Below are positions 42,320 to 55,620 of a stretch of DNA of 64,000 bases, piece after piece. The position numbers and the translations under genes were made by a program. Origin of the DNA: Macrostomum lignano (lineage: Eukaryota). The stretch is from the NCBI GenBank assembly GCA_002269645.1, contig NIVC01000797.1, forward strand, positions 310,001 through 374,000, read 5' to 3'. The notes beneath the pieces were generated by a model that saw only the letters and a program-made list of their open reading frames with translations, did no database searches and was not told the DNA's origin. Numbering within the stretch: the stretch's first letter is position 1; each line of letters begins with the position of its first letter.

Positions 42320-42993
42320 AAGATGGGGCGGTAAACGCGTCTGTCTGACGAAAAATTGCCCTGTGGGTTGTCGTGAGACTCGCACCACCCATGAGGGCCA
42401 AACCCCAAGGCACACGGAGAGTACATGCCTAACCGATTAGAAATTCAGGGCTGCTACCCACCCTGTGAGCGGGTGCATGAGGGCGTCTGTGTACAGTATT
42501 GACACTTTTGCATGTGCTCAGGACTCAGTGGAATTGCCTCGGCACTGGCGTTGTGAGGCGATATCACCGAAAGCATACGATCTGGCTGCAAATATTCTCA
42601 TTATCTCATTCTCAGTCTCACTACACCTGTTTCTACACTAACGAGTTTTTTACAAAGCCAACTCCAAATCTGCCAGTCCAGATGCAGTGTCCAGTACTCC
42701 ATAAGCTGGCCCCACTTTCAAATCCAGGTCTCCCGCAACCTCGATGACTGACGAGCGCCTGGGCCGCGGCGCCATCAGACTCAGCATCAGTTTTACAATG
42801 CGCTACACACAGGAGCGGAAACCGCTAACCAGAGGATGAATGAGGGCAGAGAGAGGGGTGGTGGTGCTTAATTAAGGCAGACCTGCTCTCTGTCGCGATC
42901 TGCAGGAAAAAATATTATAAGCAGTCCCCCCCCTGTTCAACGCCTCGTCAAATAAAAGCTACGCGCACGATAGATACAGAAATTAATGACTGG

Positions 42994-43029
<36 letters not shown>

Positions 43030-46000
43030 GGCGAACTCGAGTTTACCGAATCGCGGATAAAAAATCCCTTGAGGGGAAAGGGAAACGGAAGTGCGATATT
43101 GTCGTATGGGGAGAGAAAGGAAGCGCAAACACATCAGCAGCCAGCAAGCGGCTCGATGAGTGCTTTCTCCACGCGAGGCGAGGGGACACGAGGATTTTTA
43201 CTCTCAGGACGACTATCTTTATAACGGCGCGAAAAAAAGAAGAATTAATTGCACGCGACTTGAGTTCACTAGAATGAGAAGTCTTGCGCTTCCTGAGAAC
43301 CAGTTCAGTAGATATAACAGAGGTTGCAGTCAGGATAGCAATCAATGCCAGAGCTTTAAAAATCATTCCACAGACTCCTCAGCACATGCTCGCCCTCACG
43401 ACTTTAAATCAACCACTAACCCACTAAACTACTCTAAGAATCGCCCCTAAACTACTCTAAGAATCGCCCCTAAACTACTCTAAGAATCGCCCCTAAACTA
43501 CTATAAGAATTGTCCCTAAGCTACTCTAACAATCGCCCCTAAACTACTATAAGAATCGCCCCTAAACTACTCTAAGAATCGCCCCTAAACTACTCTAAGA
43601 ATCGCCCCTGAACTACTATAAGAATCGCCCCTAAACTACTCTAAGAATCGCGCCTAAACTACTATAAGAATTGTCCCTAAGCTACTCTAACAATCGCCCC
43701 TAAACTACTATAAGAATTGTCCCTAAACTACTCTAACAATCGCCCCTAAACTACTATAAGAATTGTCCCTAAACTACTCTAACAATCGCCCCTAAACTAC
43801 CCTAAGAATCGCCCCTAAACTACTCTAAGAATCGTCCCTAAACTACCCTAAGAATCGCCCCTAAACTACTCTAAGAATCGCCCTTAAACTACCCTAAGAA
43901 TCGTCCCTAAACTACCCTAAGAATCGTCCCTAAACTACCCTAAGAATCGCCCCTAAACTACTCTAAGAATCGCCCCTAAACTACTCTAAGAATCGCCCGC
44001 TAAGTACCTTAAGAATCGCCCCTAAACTATAAGAATCGCCCTTAAAGTATCTTAAGAAACGCCCCTAAATTACCTTAGTAATCGCCCCTAAACTACCTTA
44101 ATATTCGCCCCTAAATTACCCTAAAAATCGCCCCTAAAGTACCTTAGGAATCGCCCCTAAATTACCCTAAAAATTGCCACTAAACCAACAAAAATCCTAT
44201 CTTAACTATCATATTATCTACTAAAGCCAGTTTCACTTCAATTAGAATAGCACAGAATCACGCGACGAATTTAAACTCATAAAAAATGCAGAATAAAAAA
44301 ACGCAGAAAAAACAGAAACGCAAAGAGAACAGAAAAAAACTTTTGTGTGAAAAATGCTTCATTCTACTATGAGTAAGTAGTCTAGTGGTCATTTAAAAAA
44401 GTCTTTCAGATTGTCTGTTGCGCAGATCCGCTTGAATTTATATTGGAATAAACAGAGAGGTGCGAAAGTCGACAAAAGGAATTTATTCATACGCAACTGG
44501 ATGCTGAATTTAATAATTTTGAACACAGCACAGGCGCCTTGGTACTCGCAACGCCTATACACTTGCAGAAACAGATTTTATAAGATTTATCACAGCGTGC
44601 AATAAGGGCATAGCTAAGTATCAGTTGCATTTGCGCTTCACTGCAGATAAATTTAAACTAGATGTTTAATATTTGAGTGAAAACTACACGGTTTCAATTG
44701 AGACAAGACAGTGCTTTAGAAGCCACAAGACAGGAACTTTTTGGGGTATAACAACTGGGGAGGCTGGCCCAGCAAATAGGGATCTGGGAGGCTGGTCCAG
44801 CAACTGAGGATCTGGGAGGCTGGCCCAGCAACTGACACTCTGGGAGGCTGGCCCAGCAACTGAGGATCTGGGAGGCTGGCCTAGCAACTGAGGATCTGGG
44901 AGGCTGGCCCAGCAACTGAGGATCTGGGAGGCTGGCCCAGCAGCTGAGGATCTGGGAGGCTGGCCCAGCAACTGAGGATCTGGGAGGCTGGCCCAGCAGC
45001 TGAGGATCTGGAAAGGTATCTGTTGTTACAGAAAGAGCTACAAGTGCTGTAAACTTCACCCACCTATCGTCCTTCTTCAGCAACTCCCTAGACAGCAGCC
45101 ATACTCGTAGATATCCGAAATATTCCTTTACGTGTACATCTTTCAGCCTCATCCACCATACGCTTGTGCATAGCCAAGTCTGTTCTGCATGAATCCCCAA
45201 TGCTGCCAGCACGGACAGATGAAGAGAAGAGGGGAGAGAGTGGGAGTGGAGCAGGCAGGGCGGGATGTGGGAAATGATTGGCACCCACTTGATTTGCTCA
45301 CACACTGTTTAAATCCTCAGGAATAAGGGGATGGAGCGCTCTGAAAGCAACTTTTAACTTGCATGAGAAAAGGTGCATGCGCTGATGTTGATAATGGCCA
45401 ATCCCATAGTGTGCTCATGCTCACCCAGTCCCTCCCTTATGTCTATTTGAGTAGCAACTATACCGCTGAGCCCATACCGAAGTGTGGGGCCCGAACTTTC
45501 TCTCTGGCATGCTGTGTTTTGTGTCAGACTGGTTTGAGAAGTACCTCTATTTATTCTCTCTCTTTCTCTCTCATCAGTCCCTCGAATGTGTCAATCATAT
45601 TTCCGCATTGTCGAGTCTGGCGCTGCCTGCTTTAATTAATTTAATTACAGCTCTGAGTACTGTTACTAGAGGCCACCCTTCAACTGCACAGATCTGCATG
45701 AGTGCTATTTATCTGAACCTTAGTATTTATTGATTCAATTGGAAATTTAACTTTAAAACAAGAAGCCTGATTCTAGATTATAGCCTCATCTAATGGAATA
45801 CTATGACTGACTTCTCTCTTCCTTTGTTTCTGTTCTCTCCCCCCTCTCTCTCTCCTTAATCTCTTCTCTCTCCCCATCTCTCTTCTCTCTCCTCATCTCT
45901 CTCCTCATCTCTCTTCTCTCTCCCTATCTCTCTTCTCTCTCCCCATCTCTCTTCTCTCTCCCCATCTCTCTTCTCTCTCCCCATCTCTCTTCTCTCTCCC

Positions 46001-48920
46001 CATCTCTCTTCTCTCTCCCCATCTCTCTTCTCTCTCCCCATCTCTCTTCTCTCTTCCCATCTCTCTTCTCTCCCCCCATCTCTCTTCTCTCTCCCCATCT
46101 CTCTTCTCTCTCCCCATCTCTCTTCTCTCTCCATCTCTCTTCTCTCCCCATCTCTCTTCTCTCCCCCCATCTCTCTTCACTCCCTAACTCTTCTCTCTCC
46201 CCATCTCTCTTCTCTCTCCCCATCTCTCTTCACTCCCTAACTCTCTTCTCTCTCCCCATCTCTCTTCACTCCCTAACTCTCTTCTCTCTCCCCATCTCTC
46301 TTCTCTCTCCCCATCTCTCTTCTCTCTCCATCTCTCTTCACTCCCCATCTCTCTTCTCTCCCCCCATCTCTCTTCTCTCTCCCCATCTCTCTTCTCTCTC
46401 CATCTCTCTTCTCTCTCCCCATCTCTCTTCTCTCTCCCCATCTCTCTTCTCTCTCCCCATCTCTCTTCTCTCTCCCCATCTCTCTTCTCTCTCCCCATCT
46501 CTCTTCTCTCTCCCCATCTCTCTTCTCTCTCCCCATCTCTCTTCTCTCTCCCCATCTCTCTTCTCTCTCCATCTCTCTTCTCTCCCCATCTCTCTTCTCT
46601 CCCCCCATCTCTCTTCACTCCCTAACTCTTCTCTCTCCCCATCTCTCTTCTCTCTCCCCATCTCTCTTCACTCCCTAACTCTCTTCTCTCTCCCCATCTC
46701 TCTTCACTCCCTAACTCTCTTCTCTCTCCCCATCTCTCTTCTCTCTCCCCATCTCTCTTCTCTCTCCATCTCTCTTCACTCCCCATCTCTCTTCTCTCCC
46801 CCCATCTCTCTTCTCTCTCCCCATCTCTCTTCTCTCTCCATCTCTCTTCTCTCTCCCCATCTCTCTTCTCTCTCCCCATCTCTCTTCTCTCTCCCCATCT
46901 CTCTTCTCTCTCCCCATCTCTCTTCTCTCTCCCCATCTCTCTTCTCTCTCCCCATCTCTCTTCTCTCTCCCCATCTCTCTTCTCTCTCCATCTCTCTTCT
47001 CTCCCCATCTCTCTTCTCTCCCCCCATCTCTCTTCACTCCCTAACTCTCTTCTCTCTCCCCATCTCTCTTCTCTCTCCCCATCTCTCTTCACTCCCTAAC
47101 TCTCTTCTCTCTCCCCATCTCTCTTCACTCCCTAACTCTCTTCTCTCTCCCCATCTCTCTTCTCTCTCCCCATCTCTCTTCTCTCTCCCCATCTCTCTTC
47201 TCTCCCCATCTCTCTTCTCTCTCCCCATCTCTCTTCTCTCTCCCCATCTCTCTTCTCTCTCCCCATCTCTCCTCTCTCTCCCCATCTCTCTTTTCTCCCC
47301 ATCTCTCTTCTCTCTCCCCATCTCTCTTCTCTCTCCCCATCTCTCTTCTCTCCCCATCTCTCTTCTCTCTCCCCATCTCTCTTCTCTCTCCCCATCTCTC
47401 TTCTCTCTCCCCATCTCTCTTCTCTCTCCCCATCTCTCCTCTCTCTCCCCATCTCTCTTCTCTCTCTCCATCTCTCTTCACTCCCCATCTCTCTTCTCTC
47501 TCCCCATCTCTCTTCTCTCTCCCCATCTCTCTTCTCTCCCCATCTCTCTTCTCTCCCCATCTCTCTTCTCTCCCCCCATCTCTCTTCACTCCCTAACTCT
47601 CTTCTCTCTCCCCATCTCTCTTCTCTCTCCATCTCTCTTCTCTCCCCATCTCTCTTCTCTCTCCCCATCTCTCTTCACTCCCTAACTCTCTTCACTCTTC
47701 CCATCTCTCTTCTCTCTCCCCATCTCTCCTCTCTCTCCCCATCTCTCTTCACTCTTCCCATCTCTCTTCTCTCTCCCCATCTCTCCTCTCTCTCCCCATC
47801 TCTCTTTTCTTCCCCCTGTTTCTCTGCTCTCCCCCCCGATCTCCAAGAATTGATAAATAAGCTCTTAATTAAGAAAATAAAAAGTAGGTAATTCACAAAA
47901 AATCATGGCTTCCCAAAATTTGGGCAGATAGCAGATTTGAATCGAGACGAAAAAGCAAGGAAAAAGATCCCAAATCACTTACGCTAAAATGCGCAGAAAA
48001 AATCGATAAAAATGGGTGAAGGTTCCAGCTTCCATCATCATAAGCGCATTAGGCATTAGCTCGGGGAGCAAGCAAGAAGTGGAAAAGCGAAGGAAGAACA
48101 GATGACTCTTCCTCTTTGACTCTGAGACTGGCAATGGGATTTAGAAGTCGGCCTGAGTGACAGGGGGGTTGGGGGGTCACAGGTGGGACGAAGAAGTTAC
48201 GGCGGGGCTCAGCATGGGAATATGGGCATTTAATCCTCACTAATACTAACTGCGCTACTATCGTCGGGAAGGGAAGGGGAATTGAGCAGGATTCATGCAA
48301 AGGAATTAATGGCGGAGGTGGGAGAGACGGAGAAGGAAGCAGAGAGATGGACCGGTCAGTGCACTGGGTGAAGGCTCGGGAATCACGTAACATCAGACAC
48401 CCACGCACACATCAAATGAATTCGAATGCAATATGAGAAAAGTGATGAGTAGGTAGATAGGTAGATAGGTAGGTAAAATTAGGAGATAAGTAAGCAGGTA
48501 GGTAAGTAAGATAGACGGATAGGTATTTAGGTTGACAGGCAGTTGAATAGGTAGAAAGGCAGACAGACAGGTAGTTAGATAGGTAGAAAGACAGGTGGAT
48601 GGGAAGTTGGATACGTAGATAAGCAGGTAGAAAGGTAGTAGGATAGTTTGATAAGCAGGTAGACAGGTAGTAGGATAGTTAGATAAGCAGGTAGACAGGT
48701 AGTTGGATAGGTAGATAAGCAGGTAGACAGGCAGTTGGATAGGTAGATAAGCAGTTGGATTGAGATAAGCAGGTAGTAGGTAGTTGGATAAGTAGATAAG
48801 CAGTTAGACATGTAGTTAAATAAGTGTCAGCCAATCGCTCAATGGACTTACCGGATCTACATAGCTGCCATAGAGCACAGTCTTCGGTGGTAGACCAGGA
48901 TGGTACTGAGACCTGCCCTG

Positions 48921-48967
<47 letters not shown>

Positions 48968-49034
48968 CCTGAGTCATGTAGTTCTGCGGAGGCTGTAGGA
49001 TCAACATGTCCGACTGCTGCTGCTGTTGCTGCTG
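25485..49034 (-). CDS. RBMS1: RBMS/MSSP-family (Drosophila shep, C. elegans SUP-26-like) double-RRM RNA-binding protein with polyQ/polyA tail; 5' end uncertain
   Basis: Model: complement(join(25485..25658,26218..26931,27904..28119,31007..31113,32236..32446,38179..38304,48852..49034)) = 1731 nt, phase-consistent. RRM1 TNLYIRGL...STKAVMD...CKGYGFVDF. Linker [15 protein letters not shown] matches the RBMS QEQDPTNLYISNLP pattern. Post-RRM2 PLEAKLAD...RKK matches RBMS PLLCKFAD...KKR. Family assignment is from recalled consensus; orthology to a specific vertebrate paralogue is not implied. Confidence 0.88.
25740..26190. repeat. 16/17-bp minisatellite filling the last RBMS intron
   Basis: CCAACTCAGCTACCTA / CCCAACTCAGCTACCA. 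Confidence 0.95.
26218..26931 (-). CDS. RBMS-like exon: end of RRM2 plus polyQ/polyA region
   Basis: Acceptor cccaag|GAC, donor CAG|GTGCGG; ORF 26182-26892 extended upstream in frame. Confidence 0.88.
27076..27381 (+). mobile_element. tRNA-derived SINE, copy 2 (full length)
   Basis: TAGCACAGTGG...GGTTCGATTCC...GTGTCCTTGAGCAAGACACTCAACTCTGCATTGCTTCAGTTCACCCAAGTGTAAAATGGGT... ending caattattattat. Confidence 0.88.
27470..27690 (+). mobile_element. Possible Helentron/DINE-like non-autonomous element
   Basis: CATGTACACT...CCCTTAAAA...CATGTACATT...CCAATGTACATT layout shared with 24600-24795. Confidence 0.35.
27904..28119 (-). CDS. RBMS-like RRM2 exon
   Basis: Acceptor ccggcag|GAG (phase 0, chosen to match the upstream donor), donor CAG|GTGAGA; [15 protein letters not shown]...[11 protein letters not shown]. 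Confidence 0.88.
28262..29410. repeat. 25-bp GACA-derived minisatellite
   Basis: Unit ACAGACACAAACAGGCAGACAGAC(C/T). Confidence 0.96.
29852..30618. repeat. 28-bp minisatellite family Y, array 1
   Basis: Unit GGATCTGGGAGGCTGGCCCAGCAACTGA. Confidence 0.96.
31007..31113 (-). CDS. RBMS-like RRM1 C-half exon
   Basis: Acceptor ctcaag|GTTAC, donor AGG|GTGAGG; [19 protein letters not shown]...ISYAR (RNP1). Confidence 0.9.
31345..32172. repeat. Degenerate 30-bp ATCCC-rich minisatellite filling the RRM1 intron
   Basis: Unit approximately AATCCCACAAGA(G/C)AATCTTCCCAAATCCCA. Confidence 0.9.
32236..32446 (-). CDS. RBMS-like RRM1 N-half exon
   Basis: Acceptor ctcgcag|AGC, donor AAAG|GTGTGA; encodes TNLYIRGL (RNP2) to QCKG. 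Confidence 0.9.
32627..32822. repeat. (GACA/GGCA)n microsatellite
   Basis: Direct reading. Confidence 0.95.
33652..34097. repeat. (GACA)n microsatellite
   Basis: Direct reading. Confidence 0.95.
34680..34907 (+). mobile_element. tRNA-derived SINE, copy 3 (3' truncated)
   Basis: Same head and core as copy 2; similarity stops after CAGCCTTCAGA. Confidence 0.85.
36131..36660. repeat. 45-bp minisatellite (~12 copies)
   Basis: Unit TTAGCAATCCATTCTATTCCTTCATCCATCATGATGTTGGCTAGA. Confidence 0.96.
37501..38163. repeat. (GACA)n microsatellite abutting the donor at 38178
   Basis: Direct reading. Confidence 0.95.
38179..38304 (-). CDS. Putative RBMS-like exon ([42 protein letters not shown])
   Basis: Acceptor tgatag|, donor ATG|GTGAGT; 126 nt, phase 0/0; the only open frame. 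Confidence 0.6.
38930..39540. repeat. 19-bp minisatellite
   Basis: Unit ATAGATTTGTGTGGTTTCC. Confidence 0.95.
40072..41160. repeat. ~35-bp minisatellite
   Basis: Unit AGGTGAGGTCAACTGACTCTTTATCTGACTGTTTT; a 4-unit block is duplicated at about 40100-40380. Confidence 0.93.
41592..42318. repeat. (CTAA)n microsatellite with CTGTAA/CTGA interruptions
   Basis: Direct reading. Confidence 0.97.
43425..44180. repeat. 23-bp minisatellite family Z, array 1
   Basis: Unit CTAAACTACTCTAAGAATCGCCC. Confidence 0.95.
44757..45012. repeat. 28-bp minisatellite family Y, array 2
   Basis: Same unit and orientation as 29852-30618. Confidence 0.95.
45815..47810. repeat. ~2-kb polypyrimidine 19-bp satellite with a 438-bp higher-order repeat
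   Basis: Unit CCCCATCTCTCTTCTCTCT; marker CACTCCCTAACTCTT at 46178 and 46616. Confidence 0.95.
48440..48815. repeat. Degenerate GATAG/GGTAG/CAGGTAG repeat
   Basis: Recurrent GATAAGCAGGTAGA motifs. Confidence 0.8.
48852..49034 (-). CDS. Putative RBMS-like N-terminal polyQ exon
   Basis: Acceptor tttttctatcgcag|CAG..., donor CCG|GTAAGT; 183 nt, phase 0/0. An upstream ATG at 49061 is also in frame. Confidence 0.65.
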
Positions 49035-49384
49035 CTGCGATAGAAAAATTTTGTCATTCAATTCAATTCAATCTTTCAGTTGGGGCATTTTAAGCGTTTT
49101 GGTCTTTAAAAGTTTTGCGCATTCGGCTTGCTGGCTACAGGCAGAGAGCCTTGTCGCCGGATAAATTTAAAGATTTGCATCGCTTGTTCTGCGAACACAG
49201 GTGTTTAGTTTAGTGCCGAAACTGACTGACCAGATTGCAGTTTATACCGCAGATTTGGTGTAGAGATGGAATAGAGGCAGTTACTGTAGGTGCACACGTT
49301 GTGGATAGGAAAATTTTAATAATAGAGTCAGATAGATGCTCTATACGATTTCGCTATTGTAAATCCCAATCCTACTGTGTAGGT

Positions 49385-50216
49385 CTTTTCATTACTTTAT
49401 ATGTATTCCAGATCCCAATAAGCGTTCGCAATATCCCAGATCCCAGAACTCATGAATTATCCCTATCTGAGACCACAAAATCCCAATATGATCCGAAATC
49501 CAGATGCGAACATCCCAGATCTCATTATCTCAGTCCCAATTTCTAAAAATTCCAATATACCAGATCCCAAGATCCCAGATTCGAATCCCAGAATTCAATC
49601 CCAGATCCCAATATCCCAGATTTCAATCCCAGATCCCAATACTCCAGATCCCAATATTCCCGCTTTTAATCCTAGATACTAATATCCCAGATTTCAATCT
49701 CGGATCCCAACATCCCAGATCCCAATGCAATATCTCAGACACCAATATCCCGGATTCCAATCCCAGATCCCAACATCCAAGATTCCAATCCCAACTCCCA
49801 ATATCCCAGCTCCCAATCCCCGGATATCATTATCCCATATCCCAATATTCGAGATTTCAATCCCAGATCCCAAAACTCCAGATCCCAATATCCCAGATTC
49901 CAATCCCTGATTCTAATATCCCCAGATCCTAAATATCCTAAGCTAAATCCCAGTCGATTCTCAGATCCGAATACCTCCAGATCCTAAATATCCCAAGCTA
50001 AATCCCAGTCGATTCTCGGATCCCAATATCCCCATATCCTAAATATCCCAAGCTAAATCCCAGTCGATTCTCAGATCCGAATACCTCCAGATCCTAAATA
50101 TTCCAAGCTAAATCCCAGTCGATTCTCGGATCCGAATATCCCCAGATCCTAAATATCCCAAGCTAAATCCCAGTCGATTCCTGGATCCTAATACCCTCAG
50201 ATCCTAAATATCCCAA
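49385..50216. repeat. Degenerate ATCCC-rich repeat ending in a 55-bp tandem (~5 copies)
   Basis: CAGATCCCAATATCC motifs; ATCCTAAATATCCCAAGCTAAATCCCAGTCGATTC at 49926, 49981, 50036, 50091 and 50146. Confidence 0.88.
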
Positions 50217-51380
50217 TAATGGTCTGAAACCAAATCAGATGTTTTTCATCAATGAACTCGCTGCAGACCAATTGCCTTCTCCCCTCGCAGCAGTCCAGTC
50301 ACTGGTGTAGGTGTGAGCAGCTATGGGCAGTATGCCTACTATACTTGCATACTTGCATACTTGCGGAATAAGAAAAATGCAGTTCTAACCACCCCCTGTC
50401 CAAGTAATCTCTGCTAATCTTTTTACTTTAAGAGTGGCTTCAGATAGAAGAGTAAAAGAGTCATGAGGAGATAAACTGACTGCTGCCGTGAGTCCAGCTG
50501 ACACCAAAAAATGCTGTCCCCCACACAGTCCACTGGGGATTTTTAAAAAAAAAGAAATCCCATTTCTGCTTTAGAAATCTCAGTTCCCAAACACACATAC
50601 ACACAGTTTGGGCTCAGAGTATATAGTGTAGACATAATTATGGGATTTGCTGCATAGAATATGGGGAGGACAGATCGTATATATCCTTACTCTCAGTTTA
50701 GCTATAAGGGCTTTGCAGAAAAAGAATGGAAGAGGAGAGAGAGAGAGAGCAGGCAGAATTTCTTTGAGTTGCACAGCTGTTGCCTCAACAATCGTGTTTG
50801 TTCCTCTCGCTGCTTGGAGCCCTGCGCATTCTGCAAGGAGCCGCGCTTCCAAAATCCCAAGCGGAAATTTGTGCTCAACTGGGATTTTGGCGATTTTGGC
50901 TTCGGCTTTGGCTATTAAAGACTGAGGAGGAGGGGGTAAATAAAGGTAGAGGCATTATAGGCATAGGCATAGAGTGCCAAATGATTGATGGCTAGGTGGC
51001 TGGTAGATAGATAAAGTAGGTAATGGTAGTTACTTAGGTAACCAGATTGGTAGGTAGGTAGACAGCAGGTAGATAAGGTAAGTTGATATGGATAATGAGT
51101 TTATGCGCAGTTTAACATAACTAAGCGTGCATAGATACTCAAAAATGCCGCCCAGGACTAATAAGGCTTGGATGCGCTCCGTCTGCGCAATTGAAACTCG
51201 CGGCGATACGGTTGCTAAGGACGAACGCTTATGCTAATGCATCGACAGAGGCCGGGCATGGACAAGCACCAAATTAGCTCTTCTGACCGAAAAGGGCGTA
51301 TTCACTCTAGCCAATTAACATATCTGCATGTGTGTTGTGTATTTCAGTTTAAATATTGCCAGTCTGGCTGGTTTATAAAA

Positions 51381-51428
51381 TAGATAGATAGATACATGTA
51401 GATAGATTGATAGATAGATAGATAGATG

Positions 51429-51482
<54 letters not shown>

Positions 51483-51501
51483 AAGATAGATATATAGATA
51501 A

Positions 51502-51539
<38 letters not shown>

Positions 51540-51540
51540 G

Positions 51541-51620
<80 letters not shown>

Positions 51621-51624
51621 CGAG

Positions 51625-51658
<34 letters not shown>

Positions 51659-51668
51659 CGAGTAGATA
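51381..51668. repeat. (GATA)n microsatellite
   Basis: Direct reading. Confidence 0.96.
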
Positions 51669-51669
51669 G

Positions 51670-53000
<1,331 letters not shown>

Positions 53001-53077
53001 AACGGGTAAAAAGAGGGAGAGAATGGTTCAATGAGTTGAGAAAAGATTGAGGAAAGAGTGAAGTCATCTGAGCATGC

Positions 53078-53121
53078 TAGATAGATGATAGATAGATAGA
53101 CAGATAGATAGATAGATAGAC

Positions 53122-53190
<69 letters not shown>

Positions 53191-53203
53191 TACAGATAGA
53201 TAT

Positions 53204-53237
<34 letters not shown>

Positions 53238-53254
53238 TGATTGATTGATTGATG

Positions 53255-53346
<92 letters not shown>
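53078..53346. repeat. Compound (GATA)n-(GATT)n-(GACA)n microsatellite
   Basis: Direct reading. Confidence 0.96.
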
Positions 53347-53348
<2 letters not shown>

Positions 53349-54154
53349 GAAAGACACACGATCACTCTACACTCAAAGCCGATCATAACTCATCCCCAAT
53401 GGGAGCAACACGCGAGTCCAGTTCCGAGCTGCACATAAAGCATTAGCGGTATCGGTGTATCGGGCCGGGGCCGATCAAGCTATACTTGTACCAAAACTAC
53501 TGCATATTGTGTGATGCGCTGGGTGCTTGAGATAACAGTTTAGCATATTTATAGTTGCCCTCGTTCCCATCTCTCCCCGAGAAGTGTTCGAACTTCGAAT
53601 TCGAACGGGCGCTTGCGGCCGCGCAGGGAAGGGAAGGCGGAGCAAACATCTGAGCGGCTGGCAATTCGAACTGATGGAAATGTCGAAGGCTTGGATTAGC
53701 ATAAAGCCTGACTATCTGTGCTCCGTTGGGAATTTTCTCGACTAAAACGTTCCGAAGCTTTTGCCTATCGGATGTACAATTTCCATTTCTGTCTATCCGG
53801 CGAATGAGGGAGGGCATCGCATTATGCCGGACTCAACTTCTGGAACTGATTTATTCATTCATGCATCCCAATATTGAGTGGCCATGCCCGGATACAAGCT
53901 GCAACTCAATCAAGCTGTTTGCTCACAGCTTCTGTTCTGCAGCCGAAACTGTATGCCTGCTCATTCAATCCCGAAAGTCCAGCATTACGGGGGGAGGCAT
54001 TAAGCTAAATTCGATATTTCGGATTTGGAGTTCTAGTTCGTTCCGCTGCACGAGTCAGTGACTTTGACAGGACTGTGGGAAGGAAATGATTGGCATGTAG
54101 TGACACTGTTGTGCCATTCAGAATTCATATCCGCGGTGTTCGTGGATCAGAATT

Positions 54155-54615
54155 GGATATCCGGGAATTCCGGGATCTTGGTTGGCGAATTCCGATATCA
54201 GGATTGGGGGATTCTGAGATCATGGTTAAAGAATTTTGGGATCGGGGAATTCTGGGATCAGGGGATTCCGGGTTCGGGGAATTCTGGGATCTTAGTTTGG
54301 GAATTGAATTCCGGGATCAGGATTGGGGGATTCTTAAATCATAGCTAGGGAATTCCGGGATCGGGGAATTCCGAATTTCCGACATCTTGGTTGCGGAATT
54401 CCGGGATCAGGATTGGGGGGGGGGTTCTGAGATCATGGTTAGGGAATTCCGGGATCGGGGAATTCCGGGATGTTGGTTGGGGAATTCCAGAATCAGGATT
54501 GGGGGATTCTGAGATCATGGTTAGGGAATTCCGGGATCGGGGAATTCCGGCATGTTGGTTGGCGAATTCCGATATCAGGATTGGGGTATTCCAGGATCGG
54601 AATTGGGGAATTTCG
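54155..54615. repeat. Degenerate GGGAATTCCGGGATC repeat
   Basis: Recurrent GGAATTCC palindromes and GGATTGGGGGATTCTGAGATCATGGTT blocks. Confidence 0.85.
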
Positions 54616-55167
54616 TTTTACGGATTGAGGGTCTACCCAATTTAGAATTAGAGGGAATAAAAAAATCGTAGACTGAAAATTACTCAATACAAAAGGATAG
54701 AGTAAATCTGAATTCATATGGAATTCTGAGTGGCAAAAAAGCGAACCGATTTCACTGAATAAAAGCAGACTGCCAGACCGCAGGCAAAAGGATAAAAAAG
54801 ATACATTCAATTCGTGGAAACGCAAGTCATTAAAGGATGGGAGATGACTGTACAGCCTGAATATTGCAACCTTTTTATCCCTAGGGGGAGAAAATTTCTG
54901 TGATGGTGAGAATCTATACTTTCATTTACTCATGACCCCGTGTTCTAGGAAGGTTGCCCAAGGCAAAGAAACTGAAACTGAAAAGCAATCTTAGCGACGA
55001 ACGTGCCATTGCATGGATGAGTGCATGCGTTGTACTCGGACTGACAAACCTTGAAGCAGCTGGCGCAATAATTAATATCAAAAAATTGAAATGAGGAACT
55101 GGAACATTTCTCCCGCTGGCTAAAAGTTACATACATGTACATCAGCTCGTGTGTATCGGTTAAAACA

Positions 55168-55620
55168 TGGCACTCTGGAATCAGCACTCACTTACATCCA
55201 TGATAAATGAAGTTAGCACTCTGGAATCAGCACTCACTTAAATCCATGATAAATGAAGTTAGCACTCTGGAATCAGCACTCACTTACATCCATGACAAAT
55301 GAAGTTAGCACTCTGGAATCAGCACTCACTTACATCCATGATAAATGAAGTTAGCACTCTGGAATCAGCACTCACTTAAATCCATGATAAATGAAGTTAG
55401 CACTCTGGAATCAGCACTCACTTAAATCCATGATAAATGAAGTTAGCACTCTGGAATCAGCATTCACTTACATCCATGATAAATGAAGTTAGCACTCTGG
55501 AATCAGCACTCACTTACATCCATGATAAATGAAGTTAGCACTCTGGAATCAGCACTCACTTAAATCCATGATAAATGAAGTTAGCACTCTGGAATCAGCA
55601 CTCACTTAAATCCATGATAA
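55168..55620. repeat. 46-bp minisatellite (~10 copies)
   Basis: Unit AGCACTCTGGAATCAGCACTCACTTA(C/A)ATCCATGATAAATGAAGTT. Confidence 0.96.

Noticed and set aside
45020-45305. Possible LINE RT fragment ([12 protein letters not shown])
   Set aside because: Only a loose resemblance to the RT YLG motif; not supportable without a search.
53475-55187. Several 75-110 aa ORFs, including a Cys-rich one at 54945-55187
   Set aside because: No recognisable family and no convincing exon boundaries.
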